Of a stretch of DNA of 64,000 nucleotides, positions 51,431 to 64,000 are shown piece by piece. Where the stretch lies: assembly GCA_013265495.1 (NCBI GenBank), contig MU058198.1, positions 2,306,419-2,370,418 on the forward strand, read 5' to 3'. Source of the stretch: Vicugna vicugna. Taxonomy: Eukaryota. Position numbers and translations under genes: made by a program. The notes under the pieces are model-generated. The model searched no databases. It worked only from the letters and a program-made list of their open reading frames with translations, and had not been told where the DNA came from. How positions within the stretch are numbered: the first letter of the stretch is position 1; each line of letters opens with the position of its first letter.

Positions 51431-51883
51431 TGTTACCAAAGGCAAGTTCATGTGACTGAGGTCGAACAAACCAAAACGTTGGAGTTCAGAGCAGAGAAAG
51501 TTTTATCGCAGAGCCAAGTAAGGAGGATGGGGTGGCTCACACCCAGGAAAACCTCAAACTCCCCAAAGGGTTTCAGCAAAGCATATTTAAAGGCCGGGGG
51601 AGGGAGGAGGGTCGAAGGATAGGAGATCTGCCAGTGCACAATTCTCTAATTGGTCCATGTTGAGGCCAACACTATCAACCCCTAGGCACCAGAAGGTCTG
51701 GGGGCCACGTGCTAAAGATCATCAGAGTAGTTAATTTCCTCCCTTTTGTGGTGGGTTTTAGCATCTGAAAAACTCAGGAAATACCATGAGATACTATTAT
51801 CTGGGCACTTCGAGAGGAGCTCAGCAGAGGATACAGGTAAGGGATCTGTCCCTGGAAGCCCCCACTGGGTGCTGCTAGATACA
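51431..51883 (-). mobile_element. solo ERV LTR (antisense)
   Basis: Ends tgttac...gataca; 4-bp TSD ttac/ttat; TATA-like and poly(A)-like motifs read on the - strand. Confidence 0.7.
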
Positions 51884-53379
51884 TTATGAAATGCTGCCTA
51901 TATGTAATCCCTTCCCTGAGCTTCATAAACTTGAATCTACTTCCTGCAGAGGCCAGTGTAGCTGGTAAGGTGAAGGACTTCACTTTCCCAACGAGTTCTG
52001 GATTTTTAGGGGCCACGAAAACTGAAGAGTTAAGGCTTAGAGACAGGACACTTGAGGGGTCAGTATATACTTAGACCTGGCTCAAGTCCTGGCTCTGTCA
52101 CTTACTAACTCTGTAAACTTGGGAGTCACTTAACCTGCCTCAGTCTCCTTGTGTATGAAGTGGGGACAGTAAGAGGGTTGCGGAGAGAATTAAAGGAAAT
52201 AATGTCTGTAGAGCAGTTTCCACAGTGCCTGACACAAAGGCTACGCCCTAAAAATATCAGCTCTTATGACAAACCACCAAAAGGGTCATCAAAGCTGGCA
52301 TTACAAACGACAAGTGGCCTTTGACTACAGAAACATGTTTATAATTAGTGTTGAGGGGAGGAACAGAGTAGAAGATAAGAGTCTGCTCTTGTAAGGAAAA
52401 ATGTAGCTATTTCTTCATGCATACCCAGATGTCAGTGTCTCTCTACCTCTGGTCTGCCTGCACCTGTTACTCTGTGTTTGCTTGGCACTCACCTCGACGT
52501 CCACTCGGCACTCCCTCGAGTTCCCTGGGAGAATCTGGTCACGCACATCAATCCAGCCCGAGGAGGCTTTGCCTGAAGAACTCTCTGGGGCATAGGGGAG
52601 GGATTATGTCACACAACCCACCACAAACTACTTGAACAGGCCCCCGCCCCCAGCGTCTGGCAGCTCTTGCCTGGCCGCTCCCTACCTCTCACTTGCTTGG
52701 GGAGGGGGAGGGGAGGTCCTTCAAATTCCTCTCTCCTTTTTCACTACACAGAGCAACTCGTCAGATCCCAAACCAGCAGGAGTCCTGAAATACAGACGCC
52801 CTTTGCCAAGACGAGCCACCTTGGAAATCTGGGCAAGTGTATCTCTGTAAGCCTCATGTAAGTTTTATGATCTCTAAAACAGAGCTACTGAAATCTACCT
52901 CTAGGGTTGGTGTGAATATGGAATAAGAGAAATCGCTCGATAAATATCACTGTTACGGTATTATGTTATATGATATTTTTATTTTTAAAATAAGAGTTGT
53001 GAGATTTCTAAAACTTCACCAGAAAAGTATCTGGAAGAATTTACTGGCAACGTGTTCACAGTAGTTATCAGTAGTTCTATTTCCGTTTCTTCCTTGTATC
53101 TTTCCAGATTTATTCATTCATTTCACACGTATATATTAAGCACTCACTATGTGCCAGGCCGTGTGCTAAGAGTTAGGAATACAGCAATGTACTAGACAGG
53201 TAAGGAACGTTTAGAGGGGATATTAATCAAATAATTACACAAATAATTGCCATAGTCATAAAGTGCCTAATTTTTGCAGGGTAGAAATCGGGGGTTAGAA
53301 AAGTAATTTCTGATCAAAGTACTTAAAGTTTGTGCCTAGAGACGCACAAACAACGAGATCGGATCACTACTGATTTTGG

Positions 53380-54600
53380 AAAGGACTCGAATACCGGAAC
53401 TAGGCAGTTAGCAGACTGAGAATGGGAAGGTGCGGTGGGCTAGGGGCGGGTTGGCTGCCTCTTCTCAAATTACTCGTTGCGAGGGCGCCCCTTCGCGGGT
53501 TGGGGTCAAACCCGCCGGACGCCTTATATTCAACAGGCTGGGGAGCCGCGGACACAGCAAAGCCGGGAGGTCCACGCGGCAGCTGCACGCGCCTTGACGG
53601 CCACGGCGGGGCGACCACGTGAGCGTGGCGCCGAGCGCCCTCCGGGCCTCGGCTCCTCCCCTGCCCGCCGGCTCCTGCCCCAGCCCCAGTCCCAGCCCCA
53701 GCTCGGCTCGTGTCCGGATCCGCCGCCCGCGCGCCCAGTGCTACAGCTGCCCCAGTCCCGCTGACGGTCGCCTGCGCTCGCGTCCCTGGAACGCGTCCCT
53801 CGCGCCTGGGATCGTCCCAGCCGCCCCTTGCGCCCCTTGCGCCCCGGGATCGTTCCGGCGGCCCCCGCTGCCTCCTCCGAGCGCCGGCCCGCGCGCCCCG
53901 CTCGCCGCTCCCCGGCATTCTCGGGGGGCCCCCGCCCTGCAACCTGGAGCACCGGTCGGCGAGCCTCTGCCAGCTCCTGTGGATCCTCGCGGCCGTGGGC
54001 AGCGGCCGCCCCGCCTGTCCGCCCGAGGCAGGTAGGTGGGCGGCGGTTGGCCAGGGGGGCCCGGGTCCGGCGCCGCAAGCCTGCGCGCCCGGGTGCAGTC
54101 TAAGCGTCTGGGGCTTAAAAGTGGGGCTCCCGGCAGAAGGAGAGTGTATTGGTTAAGCTCTTCGGAACTCAGTGTTTGCTTCTGTAAAATGGGGGAGTCG
54201 TGCAGACTAACGGCCGTGTTTATTGGGAAAATCCTTGGCACCTGATGGTCTGGGAGAGGCAGCGTGGCAGCCTCCGCCTGGAGCGCCTCGAGGCCCTTAG
54301 AGGGTGGGGGCAGCACTGCCATCCTTACTCTGCAGGGCCCAGAGCCACATTCCCCCACCCTGGCCCCTGAACTAGAGGCCCGAATTCCCGGAACCTCGAG
54401 GACAGTGTAGACGCGCCCTTGCTGCATTGTTGACCGCGGGAGTTCGGGCGTTGGCAGTCTTCTTGGACGTGTGCGCCAAGGGGCCGGGCATTCATATGTG
54501 AGTGGCGGCGCGGGGGCGGGAGCCTCCCCGGTGAGTCCCGGCCTAGATCCGCTGCGAGGGCCTGGGACATTGCTGGGGAACCAGCTCAACTGCATCCCCA
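53380..54600 (+). promoter_or_regulatory. EEF2K: CpG-island promoter, assigned to EEF2K by synteny
   Basis: Dense CpG, GC boxes at ~53443 and ~53607, E-box CACGTG at ~53616, TATA-like ttatatt at ~53524. The gene name rests only on the recalled order VWA3A-SDR42E2-tRNA-Leu-EEF2K; no coding exon lies in the window. Confidence 0.75.
53650..54031 (+). other. EEF2K: probable non-coding exon 1 (5'UTR) of EEF2K; start approximate
   Basis: ATG-free GC-rich segment ending in the strong donor gcag|gtaggt; the remaining ~10 kb is repeat-rich and intron-like. Confidence 0.62.
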
Positions 54601-55334
54601 GCGAGACAGATGGGCTGGTGGGAGGGGGACTGCTACCTTTGTCTTGGGACGCTCTCTGGGACCCTGACTTTTGGGTCCTCGGCTCTGGACGCAGCCTGCC
54701 TTGGGACGACTCAGCCAGGAAATTGTCCACTCCTGTTCTACAGAGGAGGAAACTCAGGCCCCGAGTGGTCTAAGAGTGGACTGAGTGTGGGAATACAGAG
54801 CCAGCAGGTGGGAATTGATAATGCCCGCTGTGTGGATGTGAGGGTGGGGCGGGGGTGGCCTGAGGGTTTTGGGGGAAGGCTTCCTGGAGGAGGTGATGTT
54901 TGAGCTGAGCTGCAAAAGATGTTGGTGGAAGGAGGTAGGGTTTAGAGACAGAGGGATGCAGATGTCTTCCTTCTGTGGCTTCCACAGAACCTTACATTTA
55001 TTCTTTTGTTCACGTATTAATTGAAGAAATACAATATGCTGCCTGGTGATGGTAATTCAGGTATAGCTGGGTCCGGGTTGCAAAACCCCTCCTCTCATCA
55101 TTTTCTCAAAGAGGGGGTGTGTGCTGGGGTCCCAAGTTCTTATCTTTTGCAGGGGGCGGGGAAGCAGGAAGTCATGGCCTGATGATCACTTGAAATGGTC
55201 TCAGTTGACACATGATCATTGTGTACATTCTGTGATCTGTAGGTTTTTTCTTTTGTGCTTTTCGTGACAGAACAGTACATTTTGGCTGACTAAGGATGTA
55301 TCAGTGATATGATTTTAAAACATTTTTAAGGTGT

Positions 55335-55800
55335 TCTGTGGCAGAGATGGCTACAGATCACCAATACCCACGTCCTTTTCTCCCTAGGGTATCACCTGGG
55401 TGGATTTCCCAGGCTCCCTTACAGTTTGGTGGGCCACATGACTGGGCTTTGGCTGACGGAATGCAAGCAGAAATAGTGTGTGACCCTCTCAAGCCTCCAT
55501 CCTAAAAACCTCCCCTCTTTCCCATTTACCAGCAGAGCAGAGGGGACTCTAGGGCCTAGAGCAGGCAAGCTGGAAGGAGCCTGGGCCCTGGAATGACTGG
55601 GGAGCAGAGCCTCCCCTTCCCCCTCTCCCGTGGTCCAAGGCTGTCTGCTGAAGAGAATGGGGCTCCAGTAAGCTCTCGGGAAGGTCTGTGGTTATGAGAA
55701 GGGCTTGTTGGCTGTGGCCTTCCCCTCGGGGTGATCTGGCTGGGCTGTTCCACAGGGGAATAATTTAGGCCTTTTTTTCTCATAGTGGTCAGATTCCCCA
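55335..55800. mobile_element. MaLR (MLT1-like) LTR remnant
   Basis: tgtggcaga...atttcccaggctcccttacagtttggtgggccacatgactgggctttggctgacggaatgcaagcagaa...ggaaggagcctgggccctggaatgac. Confidence 0.6.
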
Positions 55801-58125
55801 AAGAAGTCTTGTCCAGTCTTTGGCAGGATTGGCATCCGGTTGCTGGGACACTGAGAGCAGCGTGGAAGAAAGCTGAGGGTCACTAGCAGAAACTTGGGTT
55901 TGTTCCAGCTCATTCTCTAGGATTTACTCTTTCTGGTCCGATTCTTAAAGCTGATGCAGAAAAAGTTGATGATCAGGCTAGATTCAAAGTAGTAGTGGTT
56001 GGCTGGACAGATTGAAAAATAAAAACTTCTGTGTTAGGGAAACTAGTTGTACTGACCAAGAAGCTGCAGATGGTTACCCACAGTGAACTGAAAATGCTCT
56101 GGAAGAAAGTGGGCAAAGTGACTCGGGCCTTGAAGTGTTTCTAAATTAAACTCTTGCAGCCAAGGCTGATGGGCACAAACAAGAAAGCTTCAAACAAAGG
56201 AGGGAAGGAGTCACTAAAAGGCTGATGATAAAGTAGATGACAGTGCCTGGGTCCCCAAAGTCCCGGGGCTGTGGGACATCCAGAGAAGCACTTCAATGAC
56301 TGGAAAGTCAGAGGGTGGACAGGGTTCAGTTCTCCAGCGGTGATGCTTTCTAGACCTGGGAAGGACTCCACAGGGAGTGACTGAAAGGCAGGTGGCTCAG
56401 CTGCAGAACATCTCTTGGCCGGTGCTTCTTGAGCTTCAGTGCACATGAGCGTCACCTGGAAGGCTTGCTGGGCCCACCCCCAGAGTTTACTTTAACAGGA
56501 CTGGACAAGAGCCCCAGAATTTGCACATTTGACAAGTTCCCGGGTGAGGCTGCCGCTGCTGCTAGTGGCCCCAGGATCACACTTTTAGAAGTGGGTTTTT
56601 GAGTGATGGCTGAGCGAAAGCTCTGGATGGACCTGCACTGACTTCAAACCCACTTCCCCTACTTCTAGCCTTGTGATCTGTTTCTCAGTTTCCTCATCTG
56701 TGCTATGAAGCTAATGGTGCCTACCTCGTGGGATTCTGGGGAGGCTTCCTGGAGGAGGTGACATCTAAGCTGAGACCTGAGGGGTGGCAGAGTTGGCCAG
56801 GGGGTGGGTAGGGAGAGCAGGCTAGGGTATGTGCCAAACAGAGGGCACAGCGTGTGTGAGCCAAGGGAGGGGGGAGCCCTTGTCTTCCAGGGTGCTGAGA
56901 GGAGTTCTGGAGCAACAGCTTTGTAAGTGATATTGAAATGCTGTGAATCTGTTCTGAGCTACGTGTCTCAGGGCAGGATTGCAGCGAAGGGAAGTCCGAC
57001 CGGGGCATGGAAAATGGGCCTCCAAATGCGATGGGTCCCGTAGCAGCTCGACTTACTTCTGTCCACATTCCATTGGGTCAAATGTAGTCTCATGCCCCAC
57101 TGAGACCCAAAAGGATTTGGGCAGGGGAGCACAGATCCATGGTGGAGAACTGCTTGTGCCCCAAACCAGCTCTCTCACCTCTTCTCCACCTTGCTCATGC
57201 TGCTCCATTTTGGTGGATGAATTTTACAGATGAGGAAGCTAAGGTTCAGAGAGGTGAGGTAATTTGCCCAACATCACTCAGCTAGTAGTGGCAGAGCTGG
57301 GACTTGAACCCATGTCTATTTGTCCCAAAAGCCAAGTTGGGCCAGATCTTGGTCTTGGCTGCTTTTTGAGGGCCTCCCCATGACTCAGGCTTCCCCAGTC
57401 AAGACCTCAGCTGTATTTTGGCTTAGTAACCCCTATATGTCTGGTAATTATGACTTGATAGTCCCCCCATTCCTCCATGCCTGCAGTACCCATTATGTCT
57501 GCAGAAATTGGCAGCTTTTCTCCAGTTATTCATTTATGCAGGCTGCATTTATGGGGGACCTTGTGTGTGCCAGGCATTGTGCTCTGGACTGGGAGCTAGA
57601 GCGGACTCAGACACGGCCACTTTTGTTCCAGATGCTCACATGGTCTGGCCACCGAGAGGCTATGTAAACACAGAGTTCCCTGAGAAGTGAGACATGCCGT
57701 CTCTCTGGTCTGACCCTCCAGGAGTACAGAGTGTCCTGGGTACATGAGAAGGATGCCCAGCAAACGAACAGAAATTAAAACTTAAGCCCTCTTGTGTATT
57801 TTAAAAATCGAAGCTAGAATTACAGTATCAGTATCATGCTTTGTATTCTAAAAAGTATTTTAAACAAATTTAAAAAATTTAAAATGATTTTAAAACAATA
57901 AAGTAGCTTTTGCACCATAACAGTTTTATATGGACGAAGCATAGTGAACTGCAATGATATTTTTATGAGCCTTAGAGAAGTGAGTGTCTTCCTGGGTTCA
58001 GCTGCGGCTGGCTGTTCTCACTGATGAGTAAGCTAATTTGTCTGTCCCTTTCTGCTGTGCATGAAGGTGTCTTTTTACATACGCGGGGGAAGTCTCCTTG
58101 GAATTCCCCCAGAATCATTCTAGAG

Positions 58126-58338
58126 CAGGATTTCTCAGCCTCAGCGCTATTGACAGTTCGGCCGGACAGTCCTTTGTTGTGAGGAGGGTCCTGTGTACTG
58201 TAGGAGGCTTGGCAGCATCCCTGGCCTCTGCCCACCAGATGCCACTTGCATTCCCGGAGTTGTGACAACCAGAGATATCTCCAGACATTGCCAAGTGTCC
58301 CCTGAGGGGCCAGATTTGCCCCAGGTTGAGACTTGCTC
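58126..58338 (+). mobile_element. MER20-like hAT-Charlie DNA transposon
   Basis: caggatttctcagcctcagcgctattgac...ggcagcatccctggcctctgcccaccagatgcca...tgtgacaacc...ccagacattgcca; 8-bp TSD ttctagag/ttctagac. Confidence 0.85.
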
Positions 58339-58346
58339 TTCTAGAC

Positions 58347-58978
58347 TATATTTGTTTCCTGTTGCTATTGTAACAAAATACCGCAGACTCAGTGGTTTAA
58401 AGTGACACAGGTTTCTTTTTCTTACGGTTCTGGAGGTCAGAAATTCAAAAGCCAAGGTTGGGGGAGGATATAGCTCAATGGTAGAGTGTGTGCTTAGCAT
58501 GCACGAGGTCCTGGGTTCAATCGCCAGTATCTCCATTAAATAAAGAAACCTAGTTACCTCCACCACTAAAAAAAATAATAATAAAAAAAAAAAAAAAGCC
58601 AGGGTGTCAGCAGGGCTGTGTTCCTTCTGGAGGCTGTAGAAAAAATCTGCTCCCTTGCCTTTTCCAACTTCTGCAAGCCTCCTGCATTCCTTGACTTGTG
58701 GCCCCTTCCTTTGTCTTCAAGGCCAGCTGCATAGCATCTTCAAATCTTTCTCTATGGCCCCTCCTTCCACTGTCATACCTCTTCCTCTGACCCTCCTGCC
58801 TCCTTTTTATAAGGATCTTTGTGATTACATTGGGCTCATCGAATAATCCAGGGTAATCTCCCCATCTCAAGATCCTTAACTTAATCATACCTGCAAAGTC
58901 GCCACACCAGGGAACATATTCATAGGTTTCGGGAATTAGGATGTGGACATCTTTGTCCATTATTCTGCCCACCGCATG
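58347..58978. mobile_element. MaLR (MLT1-like) LTR containing a nested SINE
   Basis: tgctattgtaacaaaataccgcagactcagtggtttaaa...gattacattgggctcatcgaataatccagg...aggatgtggacatcttt. Confidence 0.8.
58459..58593 (+). mobile_element. tRNA-derived SINE (Vic-1-like) nested in MLT1
   Basis: gggggaggatatagctcaatggtagag...; poly(A) tail; TSD aaaagccaaggt/aaaagccagggt. Confidence 0.9.
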
Positions 58979-59427
58979 GACTGTTGCGTCTCTGGGCATA
59001 ATGGAAATGCTTGTTGAGGACCTGGGAGGAAGGATGTGACCTAGGGGTCTTAGGGGTTGGGGGAGTGGGGTATGGTCAGGGCATAATAGCAGCGGGTACT
59101 TCTGAGGGCCAGTTCTCTGCCAGGCATCACATGCTTGATGTCACTGACTTCTCAGAACTCCTGGGGAAAGTGGCATTACTTGTCCCCTGTTTTACAGAAA
59201 GGAAACCACCCAAGGAGGGCTGTCTGGAGGGGGTAAACATTTGAGCTGGGTTTTGAAGGGAACAGAGGGGTTTGGCAGCAGGAGGGAGGCATTCCAGAAA
59301 GAGGGTCCTTTGGGTGCAAGGGCAGGGTGGTGAGGGCTTGGTCGTGGATGGTGACTGGTTCTTACTGGGGACATCTGTAAGTCAGTCCTTTTATTCTGAC
59401 ATGAACTGTATCATCTCTTGAAACATT

Positions 59428-59605
59428 TTTTTTAATTCTTATTTTTTAATGAAGTGTAGTCGATTTACAGTTTCAGTTATACAGTAAAGCAGTTCAGTTT
59501 TACATATACATACATATATATATCATATTTTCAGATTCTTTTCCATTACAGCTTCATTACAAGAAATTGAATATAATTCCCTGTGCTGTAAAGTAGGTCC
59601 TTGTC
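59428..59605 (-). mobile_element. L1 3' end fragment, antisense
   Basis: T-rich head, then gaagtgtagtcgatttacag...ttttcagattcttttccattac...tccctgtgct...gtaggtccttg. Confidence 0.75.
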
Positions 59606-59954
59606 TTTCAAAATAGTTTTAATAAATGTTTACTCGTGAGCATCTACAACATGCTGGGGTACAGATATTAATAAGACATTGACCTGAACTCTTAGCTCCA
59701 TGCTTGACTTAGTAACTCCTGATGCGGCACATTTGTCACCACCCCTAACCCCAGTAAATAAATGAAACTCAGCCTAGAAAGTTACTTGATAAGCACTTGT
59801 TGAGCTCTGCTCAATGCCAGGCACTGTGGGGGTACAGACTCCAGAAAGTCCCGTGAAATGTGTTGTTTAGGGTCCTGATGGGGAAGTCAGGATTCAAACC
59901 TAGCCCTGCAGCCGCAGAGCACGGGTTCTCAGCCACTATATTGGGCATTGGCTT

Positions 59955-61410
59955 TCTTTCTTTTTTTAAAAATTGAAGTATAGTTGATTATAGTATTATA
60001 TTAGTTTCAGGTGTACGCCTAGTGATTCAGTATTTTTATAGATTATACTCCATTAAAAGTTATTACAAGATAGTGACTATAATCCCCTGTGCTATACAAT
60101 ATATCCTTCTTGCTTATTTATTTTATACATACTAGTTTGTATCTCAGTCCCAAACCCCTAACTTGCCCCTTCCCCCTTCCCTCTCCCCACTGGTAACCAC
60201 TAGTTAGTTTTCTGCATCTGTGAGTCTGTTTCTATTTTGCTATATACATTCATTTGTTTTTAGATTCCACATATAAGTGGTATCATATGGTATTTGTCTT
60301 CCTCTGTCTTATTTCACTCAGCATAATACCCTCTAAGTCCATCCATGTTGTTGCAGATGGCAGAATTTTATTCTTTTTCATGGCTGAGTAGTATTCCATT
60401 GTACATATATGTGTCTATATATATCAATCACATCTTCTTTCCATCCATCTGTTGATAGGTTGTTTTCTTTTTTTTTTTAATGTATATTTATTTATTTATT
60501 TTTTACATTTTTATTGATTCATAATCATTTTACAGTGTTGATTTCGTTTTTTCCAGATATAGACCCAGGAGTGGAATTTCTGGATCATATGGTAGTTCTA
60601 TTTCTAGTTTTTTGAGGAACTTCCATACTGTTTTCCATAGTGGGGCACCAATTTACATTCCCACCAATAGTATACAAGGGTTCTCTTTTCTCCACATCCT
60701 CTCCAGCATTTATTTGTAGGCTTTTTGATGATAGCCATCCTGACAAGTGTGAAGTGATATCTCATTTTTGTTTTAATTTGCATTTCTTCAATAATTAGTG
60801 ATGTTAGACATCTTCTCATGTTCTCTTTTACCAGCTTTATTGAGGTATAATTGACAAAAAGTGTCTATATTTAAGATGTACAATGTGGTGAATACATATA
60901 TTTTCTGACACATTCATCCCCTCACATAGTTACCATTTATATATGTGTTTGAGAATAATTAAGATTTACTCTACTGGCAAATTCAAGGACACAATGCAGT
61001 ATTATTAACTATAGTCACATGCTGTGTGTGAGATCTCCAGGGCTTACTCATCTTGCATAACTGAAACTTTGTACCGTTTGACCATTATCTCCCCACTTCT
61101 TCCACCTCCCAGCCCCTGGCAACCACCATTCTACTCTCTGCTTCTATGAGTTTGACTTTTTTTAGATTCCACATATAAGCGAGATCATAAAATATCTGTC
61201 TTTCTCTGTCTGGCTTATTTCACATACCATAATGTTCTCCAGGTTCATCCATATTGTTGCAAATGACAGGATTTCCTTTTTAAGGCTAAATAATATTCCA
61301 TTGTATATATACACCACATTTCCTTTTTCCATTCATCAGACATTTAGGTTGTTTCCACACCTTGGGTATTGTGAATGATTCTGCAGTGACCATGGGAGTG
61401 CAGATATGTT
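59955..61410 (-). mobile_element. two adjacent antisense L1 3' fragments (~59955-60820 and ~60830-61410)
   Basis: ORF 60604-60819(-) MRRCLTSLIIEEMQIKTKMRYHFTLVRMAIIKK is L1 ORF2 C-terminal sequence; tagattccacatataag 3'UTR motif occurs twice. Confidence 0.87.
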
Positions 61411-64000
61411 TCTGTTTCTTGTTTGAAGGAAGCTGAGGACTCAAGCTAGAGCTCAGGACATCCTTAGAGCAAGCCAGGTGCAGCCAAGGGCAGCCTGGCT
61501 CTGCTCAGTTTCCCTCCCCAAGTTGGCCCTATCGGAGGTGGGCGGCCGCTCCACTCCCTGGCAGCTCTTGTCATTGCCAGAAGAGAGAGTTCACGCTAAG
61601 TGCTTAGCTTGGTGCCTGGGACACAGTAAAATGTCCACATGTGTAATCTGTCTGTCTTAGTTCAGTAAAAATTATGCATTTTTGCAGAACAAAGCTCTCT
61701 TCTGCTTTCTTATCACTTATTTGCAGCACAAAAGCCATCTCTTTCCTTCCCTCTTAGGTGAGACGAAGTCCTGAGAAACCCATAGCTCCTTCTGTCTGGT
61801 GAAATAAGACAGAGGGTTCTTGGCATGGTATCTTAAAGAAACAGGAGAAGACCTACTAGTCTGGGGGTGGAGGAGTGGGAGGGGAAGGGAAGCCACAGTC
61901 GCATTTATCACACGAGGAAATCAATAGATCAGGACCGAAATAGATAAATTAAGAAATAGCAGAGAAAGCACATTACTTAGAGAAATGGTGATATCTGCCA
62001 GGAGTAACATTTAGAATAATTGGGAGTGGTTCTCACCTCCAGGACAGGAACCAGGGCTGCCCATGTACTGTTGCAAAGGTTGTTCACAAGAGTTGAGCAG
62101 CACCTGACCTGTGTGGTCATACACTGTGGGATGAGGTGTTATTTTTAACCCTGTGTTTTAATAAAAGTTTTTTTTTTTTGATTATATAGAAATAACACAC
62201 AGTGGCCCTAAGTCCTGGCTGGGTTTTGGACTTTTTATATTGCAGGTGACATAATACCTATGTGTAACCAGCCAAGTCAGCCCCCCTCCTCCAAAAAGGC
62301 AAGGGTTTATTGTGTCCTATAATTCAGAAATCCAGGTGGGTACTTTGGCTTCAGACACATTTGGATTCAGGGTCTCAAATGGTGTCCTCACTATTCATTA
62401 TGTCTTCGTCTCTTGTTCTGCTGTTCACCAAACGTCAGCTTTGTTCTCTGGTGGCCTCAGCTCCTATCTCAGATTCAGATGGTGCAGAAAGGGATTGATT
62501 TTTCTCTTCCCGTTGCTCAAGCTGAAGCCCCAGGCTTACCTGGAATGGGGCCATAATGGTTTGACTTGAGTCACAGCCCGTCTCTGAGTCAGTCACTGTG
62601 GCCAGTGTGATTGGCTTAACAGGATCACGTAACATACCCCATTACCTGGAGATCCCCAGCCCAAACACATGACCTGAGAGTGTGGGAGAGGCAGCTCCTC
62701 AAACAGAGGCAGGTGCGTGACGCAAGGTGGCCCCTAAGTCACCGTATCCACTGTGGTTGCAGTTGAAGACTGGTGGATTCTGCCGTGCTGGGCACATACT
62801 AGCATGTGCACTGGTGGCTCAGTGCATCCCATGCTGACTCTGGGGTGCTGCAGGAGTGGCAAGTGGGAAATTCCAGCTCATTTCTTCAGCAGGAAGGCAG
62901 CTCCTAGGGGTGAGGGGAGCCCCAAGGAGGACCAGTGGTCACTGTGGCTTGGCCCGCAGGCCTTGACCTAGGCATTGCAAACATCATTTCCTGCCCCAGT
63001 GGCTGCCAGAGAAGCCCTTTACAGCAAGACCCAGTGAAAGCAGTGGTTCGGTGGCCAGAGCCTAAGATAGCCTGTCTCCTGAGGGCTCCTGAAGATGCTT
63101 GGCTTGGCTGCTAACCCGGCATCCAGGTCACCAGCCTGGCCGGAGCTCAGCCCCCTTTACTGATGATAGTAAAAATGATGATGGTAATTATAGCTACTGT
63201 GTCTTAGTGTTTACCCTGTGCTAACAGTGTCAAATTAATGGGGTGGGTACAACTACATCCCAGATTATAGTGAGGAACCCAAGGCCAAGAGGAATAGCCA
63301 CATGGCTAGTTAAGTGGCAGAGCTGGGGCTTGAACTCGGTGCAGCTGCCTGTCCATAAAAATATTTTCCCAGGATATGTCAGGGACTGGGAGGGGAAGAC
63401 ATGGATGTCTGAGTGAGGGCAGAGGAAAACTTCTGGGGAATCTCGATGTCCTGGAAACTAGGGTCCTACACCTGGTCTCAGGTTCTCTGCTCAACAGGAG
63501 CAGACTCCTTTGTGGGCTGAGCAAAGCTCAGGTTAGTTGGAGTTGCCTAGGAGGCTGGATGCCCTGGCTGGTGCTGGAATAGGCATCATGGGGCTGAGTT
63601 ATGGGCCAATCAGGGGTCCTTGCCTGTCTGGGGAATCCAACATCCTCCTGGGGTCCAGTCCCCATGGGCAGATGTGGAAGCAGCTACCAAGTTAGGGCTC
63701 TGGATTGAGACCAGTTTTCTCAGGCTGACCCTGCCCAGGCATCAACTTGTTGTAAGAAATATGATGTGACTTTTGATAGCATAGGAGAGAAGGGGCTACT
63801 GGACCAGACAGAATGAGCAAGGATAAGGAAAAAAATGTATAGTACAGTATAAAAGTTTGGATAGCAAACTCTGAATATTGTGAGTCCAGGCCTATTATGC
63901 TGCCCCATGATACTGAGATTATGCTGCCCCAGGCTCCCTGTTTCATGGCTCTTCCATCTTCAGCACATGGCTTCCTCCTCATGGATAAATTTAGCTGCTT

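Noticed and set aside
53400..54730. Long overlapping ORFs (up to 329 aa) in the second CpG island
   Set aside because: Extreme GC content suppresses stops in all frames. The products are low-complexity Pro/Arg/Gly/Ala sequence with mostly non-ATG starts and no recognisable domain.
60604..60819. L1 ORF2-like peptides (also 49072-49317) as functional genes
   Set aside because: Short, decayed C-terminal remnants within truncated L1 copies.

Overview
Mammalian genomic DNA, probably from a camelid given six copies of a Vic-1-like tRNA-derived SINE. The gene order matches human 16p12.2 as I recall it. On the + strand lie the 3' part of VWA3A (19 coding exons, 732 aa plus stop at 21609, one GC-AG intron, one 3'UTR intron) and a complete SDR42E2 gene (CpG-island promoter near 24.3 kb, 11 coding exons, 655 aa, with a long Gly-Pro repeat at the N-terminus). 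Next come a tRNA-Leu(TAG) gene on the - strand at 45449-45530, three solo ERV LTRs, and a CpG island with a non-coding first exon that synteny assigns to EEF2K; its repeat-rich first intron fills the rest of the window. Exon boundaries were derived by hand from splice signals and phase continuity. Repeat family names and human comparisons come from recall, not from a search. I see no demonstrably new biological system. The best leads are (1) a solo LTR rich in CCAAT and octamer motifs followed by a perfect splice donor and pointing at EEF2K, (2) the SDR42E2 GPG repeat, which lacks the internal splice sites I recall in human, and (3) several splice-regulatory oddities in VWA3A.
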